From NCBI GenBank assembly GCA_963834385.1, contig CAWIBO010000003.1:320001-384000 (forward strand): DNA of 64,000 nt, read 5' to 3'. Source of the DNA: an uncultured Verrucomicrobiae bacterium (GTDB taxonomy: Bacteria; Verrucomicrobiota; Verrucomicrobiia; Chthoniobacterales; UBA10450). A model generated the notes under the pieces. The model searched no databases. It saw nothing but the letters and a program-made list of their open reading frames with translations, and was not told where the DNA came from. Shown here one piece after another: positions 63,921 to 64,000 of this stretch (its first letter is position 1; the number at the start of each line of letters is the position of its first letter). The position numbers and the translations under genes are program-made.

Positions 63921-64000
63921 CGGCCGGGCCGGCCCGGTGTGTCCGCGCCGCGCCCCTTGAATTCAGGGGTGCGCCCCGCGAAAAACTTCTGAAAAACCGG

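Overview
GC-rich bacterial chromosome segment, most likely Verrucomicrobiota (Chthoniobacterales-like). This is inferred from the PEP-CTERM proteins, a TIGR02597-like protein, a delta-60 repeat protein and SufT. Many genes are split by single-base indels, often at homopolymers and also in housekeeping genes, which points to long-read consensus error rather than pseudogenes. Gene models below are stitched by hand and their internal junctions are approximate. The left part holds a delta-60 surface protein, an Fe-S assembly trio behind a 2-oxo-acid dehydrogenase E1a/E1b/E2 cluster, transporters, a TonB receptor, two tRNAs, an Xre-RES toxin-antitoxin pair with a readable promoter and operators, a lower-GC islet, DUF885 and FloA. 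The centrepiece (about 27.8-57.5 kb) is a large alpha-glucan (starch/glycogen/maltodextrin) locus with no SusC/SusD pair. It has three PEP-CTERM proteins, a probable ~2,900-aa secreted GH13 plus GH57-like fusion, four more exported GH13 enzymes, MalE/MalF/MalG-like ABC parts, an MFS sugar transporter and several uncharacterised beta-rich domains. Several intergenic gaps contain stacked families of short palindromic or purine-skewed repeats, two of which bracket whole genes. The right end has a third tRNA and ordinary genes. No CRISPR array, rRNA, integrase or intact transposase was seen.
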